A DNA stretch of 64,000 nucleotides from Candidatus Altimarinota bacterium (GTDB lineage Bacteria > Patescibacteriota > Gracilibacteria > 1-14-2-50-48-13). The notes below the pieces were generated by a model. It saw only the letters and a list, made by a program, of their open reading frames with translations. It did no database searches and had not been told where the DNA came from. Of this stretch, positions 17,828-26,485 are shown one piece after another. Location: the NCBI GenBank assembly GCA_046314355.1, contig JBKBWQ010000001.1:608001-672000 (forward strand). The letters run 5' to 3'. Numbering within the stretch: the first letter of the stretch is position 1; every line of letters begins with the position of its first letter. A program made the translations under genes and the position numbers.

Positions 17828-19083
17828 ACAGTCTCATATACACATCAAAATTTGTAAAAGATCTTCAGGAATCAATAGTCTCAGGTCAAGCTCCTGAAGT
17901 ACTCGCGGACATGATGGAAATCGCAGTGGCAGAAAGAGCCAGCGATATCCATGTAGAACCGCTTGATCAAAAAGTACGTGTACGTCTCCGTATTGACGGT
18001 AAGCTCCATACACTTATCGAGTATGGTGATGCTCTTCATAAAGCGCTCGTATCCAGAGTAAAAGTAATGTCCAACCTGAAGATAGATGAGCATAGAAAAC
18101 CTCAGGACGGACGTATACATACCACTATCTCTGAAGGAAAGATGGTAGATATCCGTGTCTCAGTCTTCCCTACCATCTATGGAGAAAAGGTAGTAATGCG
18201 TATTATCGATCACTCTTTCAAAATACCAAATCTCTCAGAGCTCGGACTTGAGGGTCGAAGTCTTGCAATAATGAAGGAAGCTCTTGAGAAACCTAATGGA
18301 ATTATCCTCAACACAGGACCAACAGGTTCTGGAAAATCAACAACTCTCTATGCATGCTTAAATAATCTAAATAATGACACTGTAAATATTCTGACACTTG
18401 AGGATCCAGTGGAGAATCAAATGAGCGGTCTTAATCAAAGCCAGGTACATCCCGACATTGGCTATACATTTGCTACAGGACTTAGAAACGCTCTGCGTCA
18501 GGATCCCGACATCATGATGGTGGGTGAGATACGAGATAAAGAGACTCTGGAAACTTCTATCGAAGCTGCACTTACAGGTCACCTTGTTCTTTCCACTCTC
18601 CATACGAATTCTGCCATTGAAACAATCACAAGACTATTAAATATGCAGGTGCCAAGATATCTGATCACTTCAACTGTTCAGATCATTATCGCACAGCGTC
18701 TTGTGCGTGTTCTCTGCCAGAAATGTAAGATTTGGACAGCTCCTTCTGATATTGTGCGGACAGATATCCTAAACTCTCTCAAGACGCTCTCTGCGGAGGA
18801 AGTTAAGACTCGACTTCCAAATCTCCAAATTAAAGATTTTAAGATTCCGCAGGCAGGTACTGGATGTTCGGAATGCAGTAACGTAGGATACAAAGGACGT
18901 CTTGCCATTTATGAGATTCTTAAATTTACTGATCCTATTCAACAGGCGATTCTTCAGGAGGAATCTACAATGCAGATATCTGTCATTGCGGCACGTGAAG
19001 GCACTACCTTCCTGAGGCAGGATGGTATTATACGAGTATTACAGGGACTTACCTCGCTTGAAGAGGTCTATGCAAATACTTAA
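17824..19083 (+). CDS. pilB: Type IV pilus/T2SS assembly ATPase (PilB/GspE), short form
   Basis: ASDIHVEP, GPTGSGKSTT, TLEDPVE, LRQDPDIMMVGEIRD, GHLVLSTLHTN and CxxC...CxxC. Confidence 0.93.
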   Translation: MNSLIYTSKFVKDLQESIVSGQAPEVLADMMEIAVAERASDIHVEPLDQKVRVRLRIDGKLHTLIEYGDALHKALVSRVKVMSNLKIDEHRKPQDGRIHTTISEGKMVDIRVSVFPTIYGEKVVMRIIDHSFKIPNLSELGLEGRSLAIMKEALEKPNGIILNTGPTGSGKSTTLYACLNNLNNDTVNILTLEDPVENQMSGLNQSQVHPDIGYTFATGLRNALRQDPDIMMVGEIRDKETLETSIEAALTGHLVLSTLHTNSAIETITRLLNMQVPRYLITSTVQIIIAQRLVRVLCQKCKIWTAPSDIVRTDILNSLKTLSAEEVKTRLPNLQIKDFKIPQAGTGCSECSNVGYKGRLAIYEILKFTDPIQQAILQEESTMQISVIAAREGTTFLRQDGIIRVLQGLTSLEEVYANT

Positions 19084-19165
19084 AGCAGTCTCTTGCAAAA
19101 ATCATACCTTTACTGGTATAATAACAAGAAAGAAGGTTTTATTTTCCAATTTTTCTCTCAACATC

Positions 19166-19681
19166 ATGAACAAACGTACTCTCAAAAAAGGTTTCACCCT
19201 TACAGAACTTCTTATCGTAATCCTCATCATTGGATTGCTCATGGCATTTATCCTACCTCAGCTTCTCAGAGGACCTGCTCAGGCACGTGATCTTCAGCGA
19301 GTAACTGATATTGGTCGTATTGCTGCAGCTCTTGAGAGCTATAGAAGTAGTAATGGTTCACTTCCGGACGGAGGATGTATCAAACCAGAAACTGCTACTG
19401 CAAATAGACTTATCGAGCTTGGTATATTTTCAGTACAGAACTTCCCTTCTGACCCTGTAAAAACAAATGATGTAGGTAGTTGTGAAGGTGGATATCTTTA
19501 CACACTTGTACAAGCTAACGGTATTCCTAAAAATGGATTCGTTATAGCTGCAAAAATGGAGAATGCCGGAAATGCAAACTATAGTTCAAATGGTAACACT
19601 ATTTCTGATCTTACAACAAACCCTCCAAAGCTTGAGAAAGGAGTTGCTTCAAATAAGTATTACATAAAGGTAAGTGATTAA
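19166..19681 (+). CDS. Type IV pilin / GspG-like prepilin
   Basis: MNKRTLKKG-FTLTELLIVILIIGLL class III signal peptide, ARDLQR. ATG at 19166. Confidence 0.92.
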   Translation: MNKRTLKKGFTLTELLIVILIIGLLMAFILPQLLRGPAQARDLQRVTDIGRIAAALESYRSSNGSLPDGGCIKPETATANRLIELGIFSVQNFPSDPVKTNDVGSCEGGYLYTLVQANGIPKNGFVIAAKMENAGNANYSSNGNTISDLTTNPPKLEKGVASNKYYIKVSD

Positions 19682-19701
19682 TAAGAACAGGTAACATATT
19701 T

Positions 19702-19738
19702 AAAAGAACTGCTTCAGTAATGAAGTGGTTCTTTTTTT
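19702..19738 (+). terminator. Intrinsic terminator after the pilin gene
   Basis: AAAAGAACTGCTTCA-GTAA-TGAAGTGGTTCTTTTTTT. Confidence 0.75.
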
Positions 19739-19740
19739 GT

Positions 19741-19836
19741 GTAAGTAATTGGGGCTCATATAATTGAACTCAATAATTGGGCTCACATCATTCAGTAATT
19801 GAGCTCAATTATGAGAGCCTAATTATGTGCCCCTTA
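19741..19836. repeat. Intergenic palindromic repeat element, copy 1
   Basis: Tandem 13-14 bp units (TAATTGGGGCTC, TAATTGAACTCAA, TAATTGGGCTC, TAATTGAGCTCAATTA); starts GTAA and ends TTAC. Confidence 0.85.
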
Positions 19837-19916
19837 CCCAAGCCTCCTGACTTCCCCATTTACTTTTCTTCCATTATTCTTAAGATAAGTCGCAGTTATA
19901 TTGTATATCACATATC

Positions 19917-21011
19917 ATGGCTCTTCAGATAGGTATCGTAGGTCTTCCAAACGTAGGAAAATCAACTCTTTTTAATGCTCTTACAAAGTCCCGTGCTGCT
20001 CAGGCAGCAAACTATCCTTTTTGTACTATCGATCCTAATGTAGGAATCGTAGAGGTGCGTGATGATAGGCTCACTGCTCTTGAAAAAACAGTGAATGCGC
20101 AGAAAATTGTACCTTCCACTGTAGAATTTGTGGATATAGCCGGAATCGTGAAAGGAGCATCACAAGGTGAAGGACTTGGAAATAAGTTTCTCGCAAATAT
20201 CCGTGAGTGCGATGCGGTACTACAGGTAGTACGTGTATTCGAGGATTCAAACGTAACCCATGTGGAAAACTCTGTCCATCCTAAAAGAGATATCGAAATT
20301 ATCAATGCAGAGCTTATCCTTGCAGATCTTGAGACTCTTGGAAAACAGTATGAACAAAATGCAAAGAAAGCGCGCGCAGGAGATAAAGATGCCGTAAAAC
20401 TTGATGCATTATTCAGTACAGTTAAAAATACCCTCCTCGAAGGAAATCTCGCATGTACACTTTCTTTTACGGATGAAGAAAAAGAATTATTAAGACCTCT
20501 TCATCTTCTGACGATGAAGCCATTTATATATGCTGCAAATGTGAGCGAGGCTCAGCTTGGAGAAATAGATATGACAAAAGTTAGAGAACAGCTAGGATTA
20601 GACGCTGCGCTACCTGTCATGCCTATTTCAGCAAAACTTGAAGAAGAGTTATTAGATCTCTCAAGTGAAGATAAGAAAGAATTCCTCCAGGAGCTCGGAT
20701 TAGATGATACCGGTTTAGATGCACTTATACAGCTGGCTTTTGATACACTTGGGCTTATGTACTACTTTACCGCAGGAGAAACTGAAGTTCGTGCATGGAC
20801 CATACATAAAGGCTGGAAAGCACCTCAAGCCGCAGGAGTAATCCATACAGACTTTGAAAAAGGATTTATTAAGGCAGATGTGGTGAGCTGGAAAGATCTC
20901 GTTGATCTTGGAGGATGGACCAAAGCACGTGAGACTGGAAAAGTCCGTATGGAAGGTAAAGAATATACAATGCAGGACGGTGATGTGGTGCTGTTTAAAT
21001 TCAATGTTTAA
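19917..21011 (+). CDS. ychF: Redox-regulated ATPase YchF
   Basis: GIVGLPNVGKST, ANYPFCTIDPN, DIAG, TGS domain EGKEYTMQDGDV. Confidence 0.97.
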   Translation: MALQIGIVGLPNVGKSTLFNALTKSRAAQAANYPFCTIDPNVGIVEVRDDRLTALEKTVNAQKIVPSTVEFVDIAGIVKGASQGEGLGNKFLANIRECDAVLQVVRVFEDSNVTHVENSVHPKRDIEIINAELILADLETLGKQYEQNAKKARAGDKDAVKLDALFSTVKNTLLEGNLACTLSFTDEEKELLRPLHLLTMKPFIYAANVSEAQLGEIDMTKVREQLGLDAALPVMPISAKLEEELLDLSSEDKKEFLQELGLDDTGLDALIQLAFDTLGLMYYFTAGETEVRAWTIHKGWKAPQAAGVIHTDFEKGFIKADVVSWKDLVDLGGWTKARETGKVRMEGKEYTMQDGDVVLFKFNV

Positions 21012-21020
21012 CAGAGGAAT

Positions 21021-21048
21021 TTGACTTTTATTGTTCAAAGGGTAGAAT
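21021..21048 (+). promoter_or_regulatory. Sigma70-type promoter
   Basis: TTGACT-16 bp-TAGAAT upstream of the ATG at 21083. Confidence 0.55.
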
Positions 21049-21082
21049 GCTAGATAGCTTTTATCACTTACCCCCATTTCTT

Positions 21083-21280
21083 ATGGCAACAACTAATCAA
21101 CCACAGAGTGAGACATCATCAAACGTACTCGCAATCGTGATAGCAGGAATAGTACTTATTGTTCTATTACTTCTCTGGAAGTCATATGCTGCTCCAGCAG
21201 ATACTTCATTAAATGCGAATACTGATACAACAAGAAGCACCACTTCTCCATCCACTTCAACTGGAATGATGCTCTACTAA
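21083..21280 (+). CDS. Small single-TM protein
   Basis: MATTNQ..., one hydrophobic helix and an S/T-rich tail; has its own promoter and terminator. Confidence 0.65.
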   Translation: MATTNQPQSETSSNVLAIVIAGIVLIVLLLLWKSYAAPADTSLNANTDTTRSTTSPSTSTGMMLY

Positions 21281-21284
21281 AGTC

Positions 21285-21317
21285 AAAAAAAGCCCTCTAG
21301 AAATGGAGGGCTTTTTT
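21285..21317. terminator. Bidirectional intrinsic terminator
   Basis: AAAAAAAGCCCTCTA-GAAA-TGGAGGGCTTTTTT. Confidence 0.8.
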
Positions 21318-22014
21318 ATTTATCTCTTGTTGTGTATACATGACACTTAGCAAGAAGCTTTTCCATCTTTGGGAAAAAATTTATCCTTTCAAGAAGAGGA
21401 TTTAACCATCCAGTAGTAATACAGTAGTAGTGCTCAAATGGAGGAGTATGATGCACTCTATGATGTTTAGGAGCTAAGACAACGTGGCTTTTCTGAAGTA
21501 TTTTTACCCAAGTCGAGGTATGTATCTGATGACTCCATTTGTGAAAAAGATTTGTAAGCACGCCAAAAAATGAAATCCATACAAGAATAATACTTAATAC
21601 TGCAATTGGTGTAGAGGCAGGCAAAAGGAACAAAAGAAGAAGATGGCATCCTAAAAGAATAGAAGCAACAAGAGCCGCATGACCAATGGTACCGAAGAAA
21701 TTACTCTTACACATCCCCAGAGGAGTAAGATGATGCTGTCTAAAATTTTGAATAAAAAGCGGACCAATCAGGAATGTATCCTTTGTCCCGTAAGAATCAC
21801 AGAACCAGTGAACGAGACCAGAAATAAAATCGCTGATAATGATTGAAATAGGTATGCTAATAAAAAAAACTAGAATGAACCATATAAGTCCCAGTATTTT
21901 GAATGCGTTGATATCAATATATATACTCTCCGCGATCCATACAAAAGTTGCTAGAGGCAGTAGAAAGACCTCTAAGAGAGAATTATAGGAAGCATTTTTA
22001 GATGATGTATCCAT
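21316..22014 (-). CDS. CarF/TMEM189 (PEDS1)-family membrane lipid desaturase
   Basis: DFISGLVHWFCDSYG, FRQHH, NLFHKWSH, HHRVHH and YYCITTGWLNPLLE, with four TM segments. Confidence 0.88.
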   Translation of the reverse strand: MDTSSKNASYNSLLEVFLLPLATFVWIAESIYIDINAFKILGLIWFILVFFISIPISIIISDFISGLVHWFCDSYGTKDTFLIGPLFIQNFRQHHLTPLGMCKSNFFGTIGHAALVASILLGCHLLLLFLLPASTPIAVLSIILVWISFFGVLTNLFHKWSHQIHTSTWVKILQKSHVVLAPKHHRVHHTPPFEHYYCITTGWLNPLLERINFFPKMEKLLAKCHVYTTRDK

Positions 22015-22075
22015 AAAGGAGTAATGTGAAGCTAGAGCTACTATACAAAAAGAATCTAAAACCGTAAAGATAAGT

Positions 22076-22756
22076 TTAAGTAGTCTTCATCATTCGAACG
22101 AGCTCTGCGCCATCAATCAGCCACATATTCTCATCTTTCATATATACCTTAGTATGATCACTAAATTTCGCTGTTGTAACAAATACAGGGCGCTTAAGTC
22201 CAAGTCTCTGGCAAGAAGGAATGACAGCTTTTACAATCTCGATCTTTAGATAAGACTCAGGATCATATTTTTTACACTGCACACCGTAACTCTCTCCATT
22301 TTTTTCCATAATAATATCTATCCCTCCATCAAGTGAAGATGGAGTAATTTTAACATTTTGGAAACCATGTTTTCGAAACACCGCCGCTACGGCCTCTTCA
22401 AAGTCAAAGGGATTGAGAGCATAGAGTTTATCTAGAGAATCACTGCCAATGAGCATTTTTTTGAGAGATTTTTCCTGCATACTCGCACTGATGTATGCAG
22501 CACCTAAGACAAGAATAACCACTAGCATAAAGATAAGACTCATACCCCAGTCAAGAATTCCAAATAATGGAAGCAAAAGAAAAACTACAGCAGCAGCTAC
22601 TATTCCAAACTTGATAAGCTTTCTTTGAAGCACAAAAAACTCCTGACGTTTCTTGGAATATTTCTGCCGGTCAAGAACTTTTTGGAACTGCTGATTCTTC
22701 CATTCCTGCTGTGAAAGACGAGGCTTTGGAGTATATTTCGGAGAAGACTGCTGCAT
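22076..22756 (-). CDS. Membrane-anchored Mrr-family restriction endonuclease domain protein
   Basis: Two TMs, then FEEAVAAVF...DGGIDI...VQCKKY...FVTTAKFS...LIDGAEL. Confidence 0.85.
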   Translation of the reverse strand: MQQSSPKYTPKPRLSQQEWKNQQFQKVLDRQKYSKKRQEFFVLQRKLIKFGIVAAAVVFLLLPLFGILDWGMSLIFMLVVILVLGAAYISASMQEKSLKKMLIGSDSLDKLYALNPFDFEEAVAAVFRKHGFQNVKITPSSLDGGIDIIMEKNGESYGVQCKKYDPESYLKIEIVKAVIPSCQRLGLKRPVFVTTAKFSDHTKVYMKDENMWLIDGAELVRMMKTT

Positions 22757-22815
22757 AAATACTGTAAAAAATCTTTACATCTATTGTATAGGAAACTACT
22801 AAAATACACAATTCC

Positions 22816-23103
22816 CTACTCCTGATAATCTATCACCTGCTCATCTCTTCTATATTTTTTCATATCACTCATCATAAGTGTCATTCTTTTCTCAAGATAC
22901 TTTACTACAGCGAATATAAACAGCATGAGAATTGCCCAAGAACCGCTAATAACTGCAAAGAAAAGATACATAGCTTTTGCTGCAGCATTTAGAGTACCTT
23001 CTCCGAGATGTACAAACTGCTGAACGAATATAAGCGTGAAAAGAAGCGCAAGTAAAAATAGTACTCCGAGTATTCGGAAAAAAGGATTTTTGAAGGTTTG
23101 CAT
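22816..23103 (-). CDS. Small two-TM membrane protein
   Basis: Two hydrophobic helices. Confidence 0.65.
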   Translation of the reverse strand: MQTFKNPFFRILGVLFLLALLFTLIFVQQFVHLGEGTLNAAAKAMYLFFAVISGSWAILMLFIFAVVKYLEKRMTLMMSDMKKYRRDEQVIDYQE

Positions 23104-23274
23104 AGAATTTTAATGAAGAATTACGTGATAATTATATTCTATATGGAATAGAATGCTACTTTATTAGATCTAAAAAAGCTTTTATATTTGGAAATAGTTT
23201 CTCTCTCAGGGCTTCCTCTTTTGACTAAAGAAATGATTATTGAACGGGATAACAGGCTCAGCTCATTTCAATAA

Positions 23275-24714
23275 TTATACAATCTTCTCAAACAACACTA
23301 TCTTCTCTCTCTTCTCAAGTGCATCTCTAGCTTTTGCTACTGCTTCAGGAATGATTGGTTCATAGAGATCATTTAATTTATGAATCGCAAAGCTTAAGTT
23401 ATTGATGACGAGTTCAATTTGAGATTTCTCTTCCATCTTCCACGGAGCCTGGTCCACAATGTATTTATTTGCAAAAAGTGCAAGATCATGAGTAATTCTA
23501 TACCCGTCATTCAATTCAAATTTTTCAAAATACGCTTCTGCTTTTTCTACAAAATTCATTACTTCTTTCTTAAAGCTTTCCTCTACCTTTGCCTCATTAT
23601 TTATCTCCACTTCTTTGAGGTTTGCCATGTGTACTACTCGGGAGAGAAGATTTCCATATGCATCCGCAAGATCTGAATTACATACATCTTTGAGTTCCTG
23701 TTCTTTATATGAAGAATTACTGTATGTAGGAAGCACAGCTGCCATATAGTATCTCAAATAATTGAGTCCGTACTTTTCTATTTGCTCAAAAGGAGATACA
23801 CCATTTCCAAGACTCTTTGACATCTTTCGTCCCTCTTCATCAAGCACTGTTCCATGCATCAATGCCTTTGTTGTAAATTTAAGACCCGCAGAGGCGAGCA
23901 TACCCTGCCAAATAGCACATTGGAATCTAAGGTTATCTGGACCAAATATCTGTACTCCAGGCCACCATTCCTGAAATCTTGCCTCATCATCTGCATATCC
24001 CACCGCGCCTATATAGTTTGGAAGCGCATCAAACCATACATAAATGGTCTGAGTAGGATCATTGGGAACCTGTACTCCCCAAGGTACCTTATCGCTGCTT
24101 CGGGATACACTGATATCCTCAAGTTCAGCCACAAAATTCTCTAGTTCTTTTATCTTTGATGAAGGAGAAAGAAACTCTGGATTTGATTTAAAATATGCAA
24201 GCAGCTCTTCCCGGTATTTTGAGAGTTTGAAAAAATAGTTTTCTTCCTCTACTAAAACAGGTGCTTTCCCATGATCTGGACAGAGTCCATCTACAAGATC
24301 CTTCTCAGTCTTAAAACCTTCGCATCCAACACAGTAAAGACCGCTATATTGTTTTTTATAGATATCTCCCTTTTCCATACAAGCATTCCAAATCTTGTGA
24401 ACAGTCGGTACATGATAAGCCTCAGAAGTTCTATAGAAATTATCATAGCTAATACTAAAGAGTTCACAGAAGTCCTTAAAACGCTGAGCAAAATAATCCA
24501 CAAATTCCTTGGGAGTCTTCTCTACCTCTGTAGCCTTTTGAAAAATCTTTAATCCATGCTCATCAGTACCTATATTAAAGAAAACCTGTTCTTTACCAAG
24601 TTTCTGCCTTTTATATCTCGCCATCGTATCAGCTTGGATAAATTCAAGTGCATGACCTATATGCGGTTCTGCATTAACGTATGGAAGAGTCGTAGTAATA
24701 TAAAAAGGCTTCAT
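23275..24714 (-). CDS. metG: Methionine--tRNA ligase (short form, no C-terminal tRNA-binding domain)
   Basis: YVNAEPHIGH, GTDEHG, YVWFDAL and KMSKSLGN motifs. Confidence 0.96.
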   Translation of the reverse strand: MKPFYITTTLPYVNAEPHIGHALEFIQADTMARYKRQKLGKEQVFFNIGTDEHGLKIFQKATEVEKTPKEFVDYFAQRFKDFCELFSISYDNFYRTSEAYHVPTVHKIWNACMEKGDIYKKQYSGLYCVGCEGFKTEKDLVDGLCPDHGKAPVLVEEENYFFKLSKYREELLAYFKSNPEFLSPSSKIKELENFVAELEDISVSRSSDKVPWGVQVPNDPTQTIYVWFDALPNYIGAVGYADDEARFQEWWPGVQIFGPDNLRFQCAIWQGMLASAGLKFTTKALMHGTVLDEEGRKMSKSLGNGVSPFEQIEKYGLNYLRYYMAAVLPTYSNSSYKEQELKDVCNSDLADAYGNLLSRVVHMANLKEVEINNEAKVEESFKKEVMNFVEKAEAYFEKFELNDGYRITHDLALFANKYIVDQAPWKMEEKSQIELVINNLSFAIHKLNDLYEPIIPEAVAKARDALEKREKIVLFEKIV

Positions 24715-24795
24715 ATGTGCAATAATAAAATAACTTGTTCTTATTATATGTACTCAAGCATGAAGAACAAGAGAAACCTTACTATAGAGAAGGAA

Positions 24796-25545
24796 TTACT
24801 TTAACGACGAATATGCCTTAGAGTCACGGTTTACTACCTGTTCCTTCAAGCGGTAAATGATCTCAGCAAGCTCACCTCTAGTAATCTTCTGTTCAAAAAG
24901 ACTAATCGTAGAAGGAATAGCCTTTCTATCTGCGAGTGCTCCTACATAAGGACGGTACCAGACCGCATCTTGGGATGTGGAAAATCCGAAAGCATTTGAA
25001 AGAATCTTAGAAGCTTCCACAAAAGATACATTTTGTTCTGGCTTGAATGATCCATCCGGGTATCCTCCAATAAGTGACTTCATTTTTGCTAGACAGACGA
25101 ATCTCTGATACCAGACTCCATTAGTTATATCAGGAAAACAACTATCATATACCTTTAAAATACTGCTTTTCGGATCAGGTTTACCATTTGCATCAGTTGA
25201 GTACCCCATGCATGCACCATAGTTTACAAAAGCAGCAGCTTCACATTTATTAATCCCCTCACACATGCTGATGTCTGTCTTATATTCTTGGTTACAAATA
25301 TATGCATCATCCACTTCATTTTTATAGAAACTATTTACGACAATCTTTGTAAACTCTGCTCTGTTAATAGAGCTTTCAGGCTTATAGGTACCATCAGCAT
25401 ATCCAGTAACGATCCCTTCACGCTGAACATAGTCTACGGAATTTGAATATGTATAACTGGCAGGCACATCAGAAAAAGCAGCATGCGCTGGCATAGCACC
25501 AAGTAGCAGAAGCATCGCAAGCACCATTCGAAAAATATTTTTCAT
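24796..25545 (-). CDS. Secreted S-layer homology (SLH) domain protein
   Basis: Signal peptide ending AHA; FSDV...GYADGTYKPESSINRAEF; FPDI...GYPDGSFKP; ITRGELAEII. Confidence 0.88.
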   Translation of the reverse strand: MKNIFRMVLAMLLLLGAMPAHAAFSDVPASYTYSNSVDYVQREGIVTGYADGTYKPESSINRAEFTKIVVNSFYKNEVDDAYICNQEYKTDISMCEGINKCEAAAFVNYGACMGYSTDANGKPDPKSSILKVYDSCFPDITNGVWYQRFVCLAKMKSLIGGYPDGSFKPEQNVSFVEASKILSNAFGFSTSQDAVWYRPYVGALADRKAIPSTISLFEQKITRGELAEIIYRLKEQVVNRDSKAYSSLK

Positions 25546-25630
25546 TTAGGAAGGAATAAGATATCAACTACGGGAAAAAGTGTACTCTTATTTTCAAGAT
25601 CATCAAGAAAAGGAAGATAAAAGAATTGTG

Positions 25631-25785
25631 GTAATAAGTAATTGTGGCGCGATGATGAGAGGCTCGGTAATTGGGCTCTTATCATTGAGCTCAATTATTA
25701 AGGGCTCTTAATTAGGCTACAATCATTGAGCTCAATTACTTAATGATGTGAGCCCAATGATTGAGCCTAATTACCGAGCCCCAAT
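25631..25785. repeat. Intergenic palindromic repeat element, copy 2
   Basis: Two ATCATTGAGCTCAATTA units. The right ~60 bp is a near-identical reverse complement of copy 1. Confidence 0.85.
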
Positions 25786-25791
25786 CTCCCC

Positions 25792-26397
25792 TTAATACCC
25801 TACTCTTTGCTGTAATGAATTTCCAAGCGTCACTTCGTCAGCGTAATCAATATCTCCACCCATAGGTATTCCTTTTGCAATCCTCGTTAACTTTATCCCT
25901 GATTCTTCTCCTATGTGCTTTTTGATGTACATAGCCGTTGCCTCACCTTCTAGAGTAGGGTTGGTAGCAAATACAAGTTCATCAATTGGTTCCTTTGAAA
26001 GGCGTGCTAAAAGCTGCTCAATCGTAAGTTTTCCTGGTCCAACTCCATTGATAGGAGAGAGAGAGCCATGCAGAACATGATATACACCGTGATAGGATTT
26101 TGTCTGTTCTATGGCAAATACATCTATAAACTCCTCTACTACACAAAGTATACTATGATCTCTTGAGGAGTCAGCACAGACGGCACAGAGGTCCTCACCC
26201 TTTTCTGTAATATGAAAACATCTGCTGCAGAAGTGTATATCTGTTTTAAGACTTTCGAGCGCAGAGGCAAACTGAAGTACTTCACGCTCTTCAGTTTTCA
26301 GTAAATGCTGTACCATACGTTGTGCGCTTTTTTTACCAATGCCCGGTAGTTTTGCAAATGATTCTATAGCTTTTTCTAAAGCCTGAGGATATTTCAT
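25792..26397 (-). CDS. recR: Recombination mediator RecR
   Basis: LPGIGKKSAQR, C4 zinc finger, YHVLHG, ATNPTLEGEATA. Start MKYPQ at 26397. Confidence 0.96.
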   Translation of the reverse strand: MKYPQALEKAIESFAKLPGIGKKSAQRMVQHLLKTEEREVLQFASALESLKTDIHFCSRCFHITEKGEDLCAVCADSSRDHSILCVVEEFIDVFAIEQTKSYHGVYHVLHGSLSPINGVGPGKLTIEQLLARLSKEPIDELVFATNPTLEGEATAMYIKKHIGEESGIKLTRIAKGIPMGGDIDYADEVTLGNSLQQRVGY

Positions 26398-26485
26398 GAC
26401 GCAATTATTCAAATAATAAGGTGTGTGACAAGTATATCTAATACTACTCACTTTATGAGAGAAGAAAATAGTAATTTTTTCCGTA

